From UHGV virus genome UHGV-0169311: 45,203 bases of DNA; one strand, written 5' to 3'. The notes under the pieces are model-generated. The model was not told the origin of the DNA, did no database searches, and saw only the letters and a program-made list of their open reading frames with translations. Positions 16,633 to 25,779 of this stretch are shown here, one piece after another (the first letter of the stretch is position 1; the number at the start of each line of letters is the position of its first letter). The position numbers and the translations under genes were made by a program. This stretch comes from a virus.

Positions 16633-17414
16633 TGAACCTCGAAAACACCGTGAAATATCACTTCGCCAAGTCGACGCTTATTAGCGACTCTCCGCGCGCC
16701 ACTGGTTCAGATTCGCTGACCGGGACGGATGTCATGGCGGCCATGGGCATGACCCAGGAACGTGCCGCCATGGGATACAGTGCCTTCCTCGGCAAGATGG
16801 GCATCAGTTACAACGATCGGGAGAGGGCGATTGAGTTGCTGTCTGAGTACGCGTTAACCAAATGCGATAAGGTTGCCGCGCTGCGCAAGCTGGACGATGC
16901 GGTTAAGCCACTGGTTATGCACCAGCTGGCCACCTTCGCGTTCGAGGACTATTCCCGCAGTGCTGCCAGCGTAAAACAGTGTGACTGCTGCTCGGGTCAG
17001 GGATTCATTGAGGCTGATGTTTTCACCAATAAATTCCGCAAGCCAGAAGGCAAAATGACAGTGTCCGGAATGGTGAAGGTCAAAGAGTCTGTGAAGGTGC
17101 TCTGCAAAAAGTGCAATGGTGCCGGAACCGTTAGCGCGGCATGCATTGATTGCCACGGGCGAGGAAAGGCAGTAAACCAAGACCTGACGGAAAAGCAGGG
17201 TATTCCTGTCCTGGCGGATTGTAAGCGCTGCGGCGGTCGCGGATATGAACGTATCCCATCAACTGAGGCCCACGCAGCTGTTTGCCAAATTACGGATGCT
17301 ATCAGCCTGGATACGTGGAAGAAGTCTGTTAAACCGTTCTATGATCAGCTGATTACGAAATTCGATATTGAAGAGGCATGGGCCGAAACACAGCTTAAGC
17401 AAATAACACGATAG
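16632..17414 (+). CDS. Q-like late-gene antiterminator
   Basis: 260 aa with repeated CxxC clusters, immediately upstream of a ~500-bp non-coding region with terminators and the lysis cassette. Confidence 0.6.
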   Translation: MNLENTVKYHFAKSTLISDSPRATGSDSLTGTDVMAAMGMTQERAAMGYSAFLGKMGISYNDRERAIELLSEYALTKCDKVAALRKLDDAVKPLVMHQLATFAFEDYSRSAASVKQCDCCSGQGFIEADVFTNKFRKPEGKMTVSGMVKVKESVKVLCKKCNGAGTVSAACIDCHGRGKAVNQDLTEKQGIPVLADCKRCGGRGYERIPSTEAHAAVCQITDAISLDTWKKSVKPFYDQLITKFDIEEAWAETQLKQITR

Positions 17415-17510
17415 CGATTACGAAAATAGTCTGCGCTTTGATTGCGGCTATTTACTTTTCCCGAATCTGTGTTAATTTTGTCCCAACGATGGGTTAATGC
17501 CTTCGTTTCA

Positions 17511-17546
17511 AGCCCTGCGGATAACACCGTGGGGCTTTTGCGTTTC
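17511..17546 (+). terminator. Putative terminator/structured RNA downstream of Q
   Basis: AGCCC ... GGGCT stem with interrupted inner pairing, followed by TTTGCGTTTC. Confidence 0.3.
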
Positions 17547-17791
17547 TGGAGGGTAAGAAAATGCACCAGTAAACGGATAGACCGCAGCCGAAAGGCAAAG
17601 CAGCAGTCATGATGCTGCCCTGAGTCGCCATTGAGCGAGCCTGTGTAGCGATGGGTTAAGGTTCATGTATTAAAAATAGCTCCGGTAGAGCAGCGCGAAC
17701 GCCAGACGCGCACCGGTTATAAGCGGCGATAGAGCGACAGCACCTCAAGGGCATGAGCGTGGCCACTCCGGGTAGTGGCAAAGAATTTATA

Positions 17792-17820
17792 GCCTCGCTT
17801 ATGCGGGGCTTTTCTATTTC
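17792..17820 (+). terminator. Rho-independent terminator (GCCUCGC-UUAU-GCGGGGC plus U-tract)
   Basis: 7-bp stem with one G-U pair (valid only on the plus-strand RNA), followed by TTTTCTATTTC. Confidence 0.55.
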
Positions 17821-17930
17821 AGGCCTCACGGGAATCATCCGCTACGTGCTTTGTTGATAAATCCAGCCCGTGAAGCCTGACCCTTTTCAAACACACACAC
17901 AGCGCCATCCGAAAAATCGGAGGTGAGGCT

Positions 17931-18209
17931 ATGACCAGAATGAGCACCATTTACAGCAGACTTTCATATGGAACAGGAACCACGCTGACCGGCTGCGGTG
18001 TATCAGCGAAGGCATATGCCGAAACAGCAAAAACAGCAAAAGAGGTGTCCTGGATGTTGGCCGACAGAATTGCAGGGTTAAGCCTGAGCGACTGGGCAAT
18101 TATTGTCGGTATCGCATGCACGGTAATCACCTGTGCAGTGAACTGGTATTTCCGCTGGAAAGAACGGGAGGATCGGCGCAATGGCTATGTCTCTAAAGCT
18201 GAAGAATAA
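17931..18209 (+). CDS. Holin (pinholin, S21-like)
   Basis: 92 aa, RBS GGAGGTGAGG, dual Met start (M1/M4), hydrophobic segment, C-terminus NWYFRWKEREDRR resembling phage 21 S; followed by a SAR endolysin. Confidence 0.75.
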   Translation: MTRMSTIYSRLSYGTGTTLTGCGVSAKAYAETAKTAKEVSWMLADRIAGLSLSDWAIIVGIACTVITCAVNWYFRWKEREDRRNGYVSKAEE

Positions 18210-18729
18210 ATTGAGCGCAGCGGTCGTTGGTTTGATTCTTGCCGGGGCTTCCGCACCCGTGATTCTCGATCAGTTTCTGGATGAGAAAGAGGGTAACAGC
18301 TTGACAGCATATCGCGACGGCGGCGGACTCTGGACCATTTGCCGTGGTGCAACAATGGTTGATGGCAAGCCAGTAGTACAGGGCATGAAGCTGTCAGCTG
18401 AGAAATGCGCCCAAGTAAACGCCATTGAACGCGACAAGGCGCTGGCGTGGGTTGACCGAAATATCAAAGTACCACTGACCGAACCACAGAAAGCGGGTAT
18501 CGCTTCTTTCTGCCCATATAACATCGGCCCCGGAAAATGTTTCCCGTCTACGTTCTATAAGCGAATTAATGCTGGCGATACGAAAGGAGCCTGTGAAGCT
18601 ATCCGCTGGTGGATTAAAGACGGTGGCCGCGATTGCCGCCTGACCAAGGGCCAGAAGGATGGATGTTATGGGCAGGTAGAACGGCGGGACCAGGAAAGCG
18701 CACTGACGTGCTGGGGGATAGACCAGTGA
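18181..18729 (+). CDS. SAR endolysin (T4-lysozyme-like, GH24)
   Basis: N-terminal SAR segment LSAAVVGLILAGASAPVIL, catalytic E ... D ... T spacing (DEKEGNSLTAYRDGGGLWTICRG). Confidence 0.8.
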   Translation: MAMSLKLKNKLSAAVVGLILAGASAPVILDQFLDEKEGNSLTAYRDGGGLWTICRGATMVDGKPVVQGMKLSAEKCAQVNAIERDKALAWVDRNIKVPLTEPQKAGIASFCPYNIGPGKCFPSTFYKRINAGDTKGACEAIRWWIKDGGRDCRLTKGQKDGCYGQVERRDQESALTCWGIDQ

Positions 18730-19229
18730 AGCCGGGTGGCATCTGCATCATTGTGATTGTTGCGTTGGTAGGTTCGTTTCTCGCTGGCAGTGAGTGGACG
18801 AACCGCAGCTGGAAAATAAAGTGGGCTGACCGGGATAGCGCGGAATCTTCACAGGAAGCGAATGCACAGACCGCAGCTCGTATGATTGAACAAGGGCGAA
18901 CAATCGCCCGGGATGAGGCCGTTAAAGATGCTCAAGCTCAAGCAGCGAGCGCTGCCGTTACTTCTGCTGGCCTGGCTACCACTGTTAAGCAGCTGCGCGC
19001 CGAAGCAACAAAACTCGCTACCCACATGGACGCCGCAAAGCACACCGCAGATCTCGCCACTTCCGTCAGAAGCAAAACAGCCGGAGCCAACGCAGCAATG
19101 CTTGCCGACATGCTCGGAAGCCTTGCAGAAGCAGCTCGATATTATGCTGGACGATCTGACGAAAGCTACCGGGCAGGAATGACGTGTGAGCGGATTTACG
19201 AATCAGTGCGACTGTCGAATAACCAATAG
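18726..19229 (+). CDS. Rz: Rz-like i-spanin
   Basis: GTG overlapping the endolysin stop; N-terminal transmembrane segment then Ala/Gln-rich coiled-coil-like region. Confidence 0.7.
   Translation: MKPGGICIIVIVALVGSFLAGSEWTNRSWKIKWADRDSAESSQEANAQTAARMIEQGRTIARDEAVKDAQAQAASAAVTSAGLATTVKQLRAEATKLATHMDAAKHTADLATSVRSKTAGANAAMLADMLGSLAEAARYYAGRSDESYRAGMTCERIYESVRLSNNQ
18928..19182 (+). CDS. Rz1: Rz1-like o-spanin lipoprotein embedded in Rz in another frame
   Basis: MLKLKQRALPLLLLAWLPLLSSC (lipobox LSSC), Pro-rich mature part; entirely inside Rz. Confidence 0.7.
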   Translation: MLKLKQRALPLLLLAWLPLLSSCAPKQQNSLPTWTPQSTPQISPLPSEAKQPEPTQQCLPTCSEALQKQLDIMLDDLTKATGQE

Positions 19230-19400
19230 GCGATTCATGCTGCTAGTTTTCGTCCTCTTGTCGATATGGCTCTGTCGGCAACATGAGGAACGCCGCTGGC
19301 CTTCGGTCGGCTTTAATGTCTCATCGCTGATGCTCATCACCGAGCAACCGGCACGCAGTAAGGGGCTGCGCTGAGATAAGAGCCGAGAATTCAATCAAAT

Positions 19401-19423
19401 CGCCTCGCACTCGCGGGGCTTTT
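19401..19423 (+). terminator. Rho-independent terminator (GCCUCGC-ACUC-GCGGGGC plus U-tract)
   Basis: Same stem sequence as the terminator at 17792; followed by CTTTTT. Confidence 0.5.
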
Positions 19424-19436
19424 TAACAACTGAGGA

Positions 19437-19640
19437 ATGAGCATGACAGTAGTTCTTACAGCTAAGCAGATTGAAGACCTGGCAGCCTTCGCGAAGGAAG
19501 ATGGCCAGCCTCAATACACCATCACCACCGGCACAATTCCTGAATTTGAAGCTGATAATGGTGAGATTATCCCCGGTTATACCGGACTTATCGCCTATTC
19601 AGAATCACTGGATCACGGTGTGTTGCAACTCGACGACTAG
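19437..19640 (+). CDS. Hypothetical protein
   Basis: 67 aa, RBS GAGGAATGAG; first gene after the lysis cassette. Confidence 0.45.
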   Translation: MSMTVVLTAKQIEDLAAFAKEDGQPQYTITTGTIPEFEADNGEIIPGYTGLIAYSESLDHGVLQLDD

Positions 19641-19708
19641 CGGCATTACAGCAGGCATTCACTGAGTGCCTGTGATAATGCAACAGCCCGTACAAAACGG
19701 GCTTGGAT

Positions 19709-20323
19709 TTATCTCTTTGTTGCGTTCATGGTCACATGGTAAACGAATTGGCTAAATTGGTTATCCCAGCGCCCATTATGATTAGCTGCAACTAATTGCA
19801 TTAACGCCTGCATTAACTTGCTGAACAGCAAGATTAACTTAAGTCTGTTTTTTGAACTGTCACTATCTAAGGAAACTTCTTCGGTTAATTGATTCTCGGC
19901 GTTAAAAATACCCAGTTTTGATTCTTCCATGCTGGGTTCCGTTGGATGCTGTTTAAAGTATTCAGTCAGAGTATCCTTCAGGCTCTGGATCCTTGAATCA
20001 GCAATGCTTTGTATTGATGGATTGTGTGCAAGGTCATTACGCATTGAGTTGATGGTTTTAAGTGATTTCATAAGTTCCGGGGGGATTCCCAGGTTTCCCG
20101 CCATGGATATTTTAGTATTACATTCGATTAAAAGTTTGTTTTTATCTCTTCCAAAGAGATCTTGGCAGTCACAGCATGCGCATATCCATGCTTCGACCAT
20201 GCGCTCACAAAGTAGGTGAATGCGCAATGTAGTACCCACATCGTCATCGCTTTCCACTGCTCTCGCGAATAAAGATGGAAAATCAATCTCATGGTAATAG
20301 TCCATGAAAATCCTTGCATTCAT
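19709..20323 (-). CDS. Hypothetical protein with HEPN-like R-x4-H motif (candidate abortive-infection/defence gene)
   Basis: 204-aa ORF on the strand opposite the late operon, AT-rich; motif MRNDLAHN; Cys cluster CACCDC; alternative start M7 with AAGGA RBS. Confidence 0.5.
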   Translation of the reverse strand: MNARIFMDYYHEIDFPSLFARAVESDDDVGTTLRIHLLCERMVEAWICACCDCQDLFGRDKNKLLIECNTKISMAGNLGIPPELMKSLKTINSMRNDLAHNPSIQSIADSRIQSLKDTLTEYFKQHPTEPSMEESKLGIFNAENQLTEEVSLDSDSSKNRLKLILLFSKLMQALMQLVAANHNGRWDNQFSQFVYHVTMNATKR

Positions 20324-20708
20324 AAATCCTCCAGGTAGCTATATGCAAATTGAAACAAAAGAGATGGTGATCTTTCTAAGAGATGATGGAATCTCCCTTC
20401 AGTATCCCGATGGTCAATGCGCTGGATATGGGATAGATGGGAATATGCTGATTTTTATGGGACAGAGTTGCGCACTGTTCCCAACTAAAATCATTTTGCA
20501 CGATCAGCGCACTACGAACTTTACCCACAAATAGTCAGGTAATGAATCCTGATATAAAGACAGGTTGATAAATCAGTCTTCTACGCGCATCGCACGCGCA
20601 CATCAAAGAGAGTCTTTCAGTAGTGAGCCTGGGTGATGCCGTTAGGTTGCGTTTACCTCTCGGGCGGCATTGCCGTGCGACAGGCTCACGCCTAAAAGGA
20701 AATATTCC

Positions 20709-21437
20709 ATGAGTAACAAAATCATTACGCTATCTGGCGCTGCTAATGAAGTGCTTTATGCGCTGTTTTTCCGTGGCGCGTTGCTGTCTGGTGATCTGCC
20801 TTCTAAATCTGGCACAGCCGAATTGCGCGAGCTTGGTTTTGCTGAAACCAGACACACAGCAACTGAATACCAGAAAGAAAATCACTTTACCTTTCTGACA
20901 TCAGAAGGGCAGAAATTTGCCGTTGAACACCTGGTCAATACGCGTTTTGGTGAGCAGCAATATTGCGCTTCGATGACGCTTGGCGTTGAGATTGATACCT
21001 CTGCTGCACAAAAGGCAATCGACGAGCTGGACCAGCGCATTCGTGACACCGTCTCCTTCGAACTTATTCGCAATGGAGTGTCATTCATCAAGGACGCCGC
21101 TATCGCAAATGGTGCTATCCACGCAGCGGCAATCGAAACACCTCAGCCGGTGACCAATATCTACAACATCAGCCTTGGTATCCAGCGTGATGAGCCAGCG
21201 CAGAACAAGGTAACCGTCAGTGCCGATAAGTTCAAAGTTAAACCTGGTGTTGATACCAACATTGAAACGTTGATCGAAAACGCGCTGAAAAACGCTGCTG
21301 AATGTGCGGCGCTGGATGTCACAAAGCAAATGGCAGCAGACAAGAAAGCGATGGATGAACTGGCTTCCTATGTCCGCACGGCCATCATGATGGAATGTTT
21401 CCCCGGTGGTGTTATCTGGCAGCAGTGCCGTCGATAG
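20709..21437 (+). CDS. Hypothetical protein
   Basis: 242 aa from ATG with AAGGA RBS (track ORF starts at 20670); immediately upstream of cos; no recognisable family. Confidence 0.55.
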   Translation: MSNKIITLSGAANEVLYALFFRGALLSGDLPSKSGTAELRELGFAETRHTATEYQKENHFTFLTSEGQKFAVEHLVNTRFGEQQYCASMTLGVEIDTSAAQKAIDELDQRIRDTVSFELIRNGVSFIKDAAIANGAIHAAAIETPQPVTNIYNISLGIQRDEPAQNKVTVSADKFKVKPGVDTNIETLIENALKNAAECAALDVTKQMAADKKAMDELASYVRTAIMMECFPGGVIWQQCRR

Positions 21438-21583
21438 CATGCAATTGATAATTATTATCGTTTGCGGGTCCTTTCCGGCGATCCGCCTTGTTACGGGGCG
21501 GCGTCCGCGCAGATTCTCGCTATATATGAAAATTTTGGACATGAGGTTGTTGTTTAATCATTGCTGAAAACGGGTGAGGGAAT
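21438..21583. other. cos region; putative cohesive-end core GGGCGGCGTCCG at 21496..21507
   Basis: ttacggggcggcgtccgcgc ... tttcgctatatatgaaaatttt closely parallels the lambda cos sequence (TTACGGGGCGGCGACCTCGCGGGTTTTCGCTATTTATGAAAATTTT, from memory), immediately upstream of Nu1. Confidence 0.6.
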
Positions 21584-22090
21584 ATGGCCGTGCTATTGAA
21601 TAAATCTGATATGGCTTCCTCGCTGGGAATATCCGTCCAGGCCTTTGATAAATGGGGTGTCCAGCCAGTAGAAAAGAGAGGGCGAGAAGTCTTCTTTGAC
21701 GTTCGTTCAGTCGTTGATAACCGCATCGAACACCAGAGTCGAAAACTACAACCATCGCCGGGAGAAGACGATGATGGTGTCAATATTGATTATGAACGTT
21801 GGCGTTTAACTCGTGCTAATGCGGATGCGGCTGAGCTGGCCAATGAGAAAAAGCGTCGCGAGGTCGTAGAGACTGCGTTTTGTACCTTCGTGTTATCCAG
21901 AATTGCCGCTGAAATATCCAGTATTCTGGATGGCATACCCCTTTCGATGCAGCGCCGGTTCCCTGAGCTGGAAAATCGGCATATCGAGTTCCTGAAAGGG
22001 GACGTAATAAAGGCGATGAATAAGGCTGCGGCGCTGGATGAACGGATTCCGGGGTTGTTGAATGATTATATCGACCAGTCAGGTAGCTAA
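21584..22090 (+). CDS. nu1: Terminase small subunit
   Basis: Colinear with lambda Nu1 (EVVETAFCTFVLSRIA.EI.SILDG.PLS.QRRFPELENRH) from memory. Confidence 0.9.
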   Translation: MAVLLNKSDMASSLGISVQAFDKWGVQPVEKRGREVFFDVRSVVDNRIEHQSRKLQPSPGEDDDGVNIDYERWRLTRANADAAELANEKKRREVVETAFCTFVLSRIAAEISSILDGIPLSMQRRFPELENRHIEFLKGDVIKAMNKAAALDERIPGLLNDYIDQSGS

Positions 22091-23984
22091 TCTGCGAGCA
22101 GCGGTAAAAGCTGGTCTGAAATCACTATACCGCCCGGAACCCATGACAGCTGTCGAATGGGCCGATGCGCATTATTACCTTCCGAAGGAATCCGCTTATC
22201 AGGAAGGGCGCTGGGAAACATTGCCATTTCAGCGCGCGATCATGAATGCGATGGGCAGCGACTATATTCGCATTGTTAACGTAATTAAGTCGGCGCGAGT
22301 AGGCTATTCGAAAATGCTACTCGGCGTCATTGCTTATTTCATCGAGCACAAACAACGTAATGAGTTGCTGTGGCTGCCGACCGACGGCGACGCAGATAAT
22401 TTCATGAAGTCACACGTTGAACCTACGATTCGTGATGTTCCCTCGCTGTTATCACTTGCTCCCTGGTATGGGAAAAAGCACAGGGATAACACGCTGTCGA
22501 TGAAGCGATTTACCAATGGCCGTGGCTTCTGGTGCTTGGGTGGTAAATCGGCAAAGAACTATCGTGAAAAATCAGTCGATGTCGTTGGATACGATGAGCT
22601 GGCTGCGTTTGACGCTGATATTGAGAAAGAGGGTTCGCCGACCTTCCTGGGGGATAAGCGTATCGAGGGTTCTGTTTGGCCCAAATCCATACGCGGTTCG
22701 ACACCGAAATTGCGTGGAACGTGTCAGATTGAGCGAGCAGCAAAAGAGTCCGGACATTTTATGCGATTTCATGTCGCATGCCCGCACTGTGGTGAAGAGC
22801 AGTATCTTAAATTTGGTGACCGGGATACTCCTTTCGGCTTCAAATGGGAGCCTGAGCAGGCCGAAACGGTCTACTACCTCTGCGAGCATAATGCTTGTGT
22901 CATTAAGCAACACGAACTGGACTTTTCCAACGCTCGTTATATCTGCGAATTGACCGGAATATGGACGCGCGACGGGCTTCGCTGGTTCTCATCGTCTAAT
23001 GCTGAAATTGACCCACCTGAAAGCGTAACTTTCCACATCTGGACTGCTTTTAGCCCGTTTACCACTTGGGTACAGATAGTTAAAGACTGGTTCAAAACGA
23101 AAGGCGACACGGGTAAACGCAAGACATTTGTGAACACCACCCTGGGCGAAACGTGGGAAGCGAAAATCGGTGATCGCCCCGATGCAGACGTTTTAGCAGA
23201 GCGTAAAGAGCACTTTGATGCAGCAGTACCTGAGCGAGTGGCGTATCTGACAGCTGGTATTGACTCCCAGCTCGACCGTTACGAAATGCGTGTGTGGGGA
23301 TGGGGGCCGGGTGAGGAAAGCTGGCTTATCGACAGGCAAATCATCATGGGTCGCCATGATGATGAGTCAACGCTTGCCCGTGTGGATGAGGCGATTAACA
23401 AGACATATAAACGCCGGAACGGCGTAGAAATGTTTATATCCCGTATCTGCTGGGATATCGGTGGTATTGATCCCACTATCGTTTACAACCGCTCGAAAAA
23501 ACACGGTCTGTTTCGTGTGATCCCGATAAAGGGTGCGTCGGTTTATGGAAAGCCGGTGGCGAACATGCCACGCAAACGCAACAAAAACGGTGTTTATCTG
23601 ACAGAAGTGGGTACTGATACCGCGAAAGAGCAGATTTATAACCGCTTCACGCTGACCGTTGAAGGTGATGAGCCTCTGGCCGGTGCCGTTCACTTCCCCA
23701 ATAACCCCGATATTTATGATCTTTCAGAGGCGCAGCAGCTGACCGCCGAAGAACTGGTCGAAAAGTGGGTTGATGGTAAGAGAAAAATCATATGGGACAG
23801 CAAAAAAAGGCGAAATGAGGCTCTCGACTGCTTTGTTTACGCACTGGCGGCGCTTCGTATCAGCATATCCCGCTGGCAGCTTAACCTTGATTCACTTCTT
23901 GCCAGCCTGCTGGAGGAAGAAGGCACCCGTAACAATAACAAGACCCTGGCGGATTACGCGCGGGCATTGTCTGGAGAGGAATAA
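22062..23984 (+). CDS. A: Terminase large subunit
   Basis: Near-colinear identity with lambda gpA over 640 aa (from memory). Confidence 0.95.
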   Translation: MIISTSQVANLRAAVKAGLKSLYRPEPMTAVEWADAHYYLPKESAYQEGRWETLPFQRAIMNAMGSDYIRIVNVIKSARVGYSKMLLGVIAYFIEHKQRNELLWLPTDGDADNFMKSHVEPTIRDVPSLLSLAPWYGKKHRDNTLSMKRFTNGRGFWCLGGKSAKNYREKSVDVVGYDELAAFDADIEKEGSPTFLGDKRIEGSVWPKSIRGSTPKLRGTCQIERAAKESGHFMRFHVACPHCGEEQYLKFGDRDTPFGFKWEPEQAETVYYLCEHNACVIKQHELDFSNARYICELTGIWTRDGLRWFSSSNAEIDPPESVTFHIWTAFSPFTTWVQIVKDWFKTKGDTGKRKTFVNTTLGETWEAKIGDRPDADVLAERKEHFDAAVPERVAYLTAGIDSQLDRYEMRVWGWGPGEESWLIDRQIIMGRHDDESTLARVDEAINKTYKRRNGVEMFISRICWDIGGIDPTIVYNRSKKHGLFRVIPIKGASVYGKPVANMPRKRNKNGVYLTEVGTDTAKEQIYNRFTLTVEGDEPLAGAVHFPNNPDIYDLSEAQQLTAEELVEKWVDGKRKIIWDSKKRRNEALDCFVYALAALRISISRWQLNLDSLLASLLEEEGTRNNNKTLADYARALSGEE

Positions 23985-24190
23985 TGGCAACACAGACTGA
24001 ACTGGATGCCGCGCGCGCTGCGTTACATGACCTGATGATGGGGAAACGAGTGGCGACGGTACAGAAAGATGGCCGAAGAGTGGAATTTACAGCTACCTCA
24101 GTCACCGATCTCAAAAAGTATATTGCTGACCTTGAATCTCAGGTTGGTACCACATCACGACGCCAGGGGCCTGCAAGGTTTTACGTATGA
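23984..24190 (+). CDS. W: Head-tail joining protein W
   Basis: 68 aa, colinear with lambda gpW ([40 protein letters not shown]). Confidence 0.9.
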   Translation: MATQTELDAARAALHDLMMGKRVATVQKDGRRVEFTATSVTDLKKYIADLESQVGTTSRRQGPARFYV

Positions 24191-25779
24191 AAATACCATC
24201 TTTAGTGGGTCCTGACGGGAAAACGTCCCTCCGGGAATACGCGGGGTATCATGGCGGCGGCGGAGGGTTTGGTGGTCAGTTGCGGGGCTGGAATCCACCA
24301 AGCGAAAGTGCTGATGCGGCTCTTCTGCCTAACTTCTCGCGCGGAAATGCCCGTGCTGACGATCTGGTCAGAAATAATGGCTATGCGGCAAACGCCGTGC
24401 AGCTCCACCAGGACCACATCGTCGGGTCATTTTTCAGACTCAGCTATCGACCGAGCTGGCGCTATCTTGGCATCAATGAGGAGGATTCACGCGCATTTTC
24501 GCGGGATGTAGAAGCCGCCTGGAACGAGTATGCCGAGGATGATTTTTGCGGGATTGATGCTGAGCGCAAGCGAACCTTTACGATGATGATCCGTGAAGGT
24601 GTGGCCATGCATGCGTTTAACGGTGAATTATGCATGCAGGCGACATGGGACAGCGATTCAACGCGTCTTTTCCGTACTCAGTTCAAAATGGTCAGTCCGA
24701 AGCGCGTCAGTAATCCAAACAATATCGGTGATACCCGGAACTGTCGCGCCGGTGTGAAAATAAATGATAGCGGTGCTGCGCTGGGATATTACGTCAGCGA
24801 CGATGGTTATCCCGGCTGGATGGCGCAGAACTGGACCTACATTCCTCGCGAACTACCCGGCGGTCGACCTTCATTTATCCATGTATTCGAACCGATGGAG
24901 GATGGACAGACCCGTGGGGCCAATGCGTTTTACAGCGTGATGGAGCAGATGAAAATGCTCGATACCCTGCAAAATACCCAGCTCCAGAGCGCGATAGTGA
25001 AGGCTATGTATGCCGCTACCATCGAGAGTGAACTGGATACCCAATCGGCGATGGACTTTATTCTCGGCGCGGATAATAAAGAGCAGCAGAGCAAACTTAC
25101 GGGCTGGCTCGGTGAAATGGCGTCCTATTACTCAGCTGCGCCTGTTCGCCTGGGTGGGGCAAGGGTTCCACACCTGTTGCCGGGTGATTCTCTCAACCTT
25201 CAGTCGGCGCAGGATACCGATAACGGCTACTCGACTTTTGAACAGTCCCTGCTGCGTTATATTGCCGCTGGGCTTGGTGTGTCGTATGAGCAGCTTTCGC
25301 GAAACTATTCGCAGATGAGCTACTCGACCGCACGCGCAAGTGCTAACGAGTCCTGGGCGTACTTTATGGGGCGTCGCAAGTTTGTGGCATCCCGACAGGC
25401 CTGTCAGATGTTTCTTTGCTGGCTTGAAGAGGCGATTGTCCGCCGCGTGGTCACGCTTCCTTCGAAAGCCCGGTTCAGTTTCCAGGAGGCGAGAACAGCC
25501 TGGGGGAATGCCAACTGGATTGGCTCTGGTCGAATGGCAATTGACGGGCTGAAAGAGGTACAGGAGGCCGTCATGCTCATTGAGGCAGGTCTCAGCACGT
25601 ATGAAAAAGAGTGCGCCAAACGCGGTGATGATTATCAGGAGATTTTTGCCCAGCAGGTCCGGGAAACCATGGAGCGTCGTGCTGCGGGTCTGAAACCACC
25701 GGCATGGGCCGCTGCAGCTTTTGAGGCCGGAGTGAAAAAATCAAACGAGGAGGAGCAAGATGGCGCACGAGCTGCGTAA
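24187..25779 (+). CDS. B: Portal protein
   Basis: Near-colinear identity with lambda gpB (from memory). Confidence 0.95.
   Translation: MKIPSLVGPDGKTSLREYAGYHGGGGGFGGQLRGWNPPSESADAALLPNFSRGNARADDLVRNNGYAANAVQLHQDHIVGSFFRLSYRPSWRYLGINEEDSRAFSRDVEAAWNEYAEDDFCGIDAERKRTFTMMIREGVAMHAFNGELCMQATWDSDSTRLFRTQFKMVSPKRVSNPNNIGDTRNCRAGVKINDSGAALGYYVSDDGYPGWMAQNWTYIPRELPGGRPSFIHVFEPMEDGQTRGANAFYSVMEQMKMLDTLQNTQLQSAIVKAMYAATIESELDTQSAMDFILGADNKEQQSKLTGWLGEMASYYSAAPVRLGGARVPHLLPGDSLNLQSAQDTDNGYSTFEQSLLRYIAAGLGVSYEQLSRNYSQMSYSTARASANESWAYFMGRRKFVASRQACQMFLCWLEEAIVRRVVTLPSKARFSFQEARTAWGNANWIGSGRMAIDGLKEVQEAVMLIEAGLSTYEKECAKRGDDYQEIFAQQVRETMERRAAGLKPPAWAAAAFEAGVKKSNEEEQDGARAA

Noticed and set aside
17415-17930. 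Possible tRNA genes or a pR' promoter in the 500-bp Q-to-holin gap.
   Set aside because: No cloverleaf-compatible sequence with a GTTC-type T-arm found by eye; no convincing -35/-10 pair could be assigned. Only the terminator hairpins are reported.
19186-19374. 62-aa ORF immediately after Rz.
   Set aside because: No RBS, starts inside the Rz 3' region, Arg/Cys-rich low-complexity translation; probably non-coding leader of the terminator at 19401.
20304-20534. 76-aa plus-strand ORF divergent from the HEPN-like gene.
   Set aside because: Its start overlaps the HEPN-like gene start on the opposite strand and no in-frame start has an RBS. Kept only as context.
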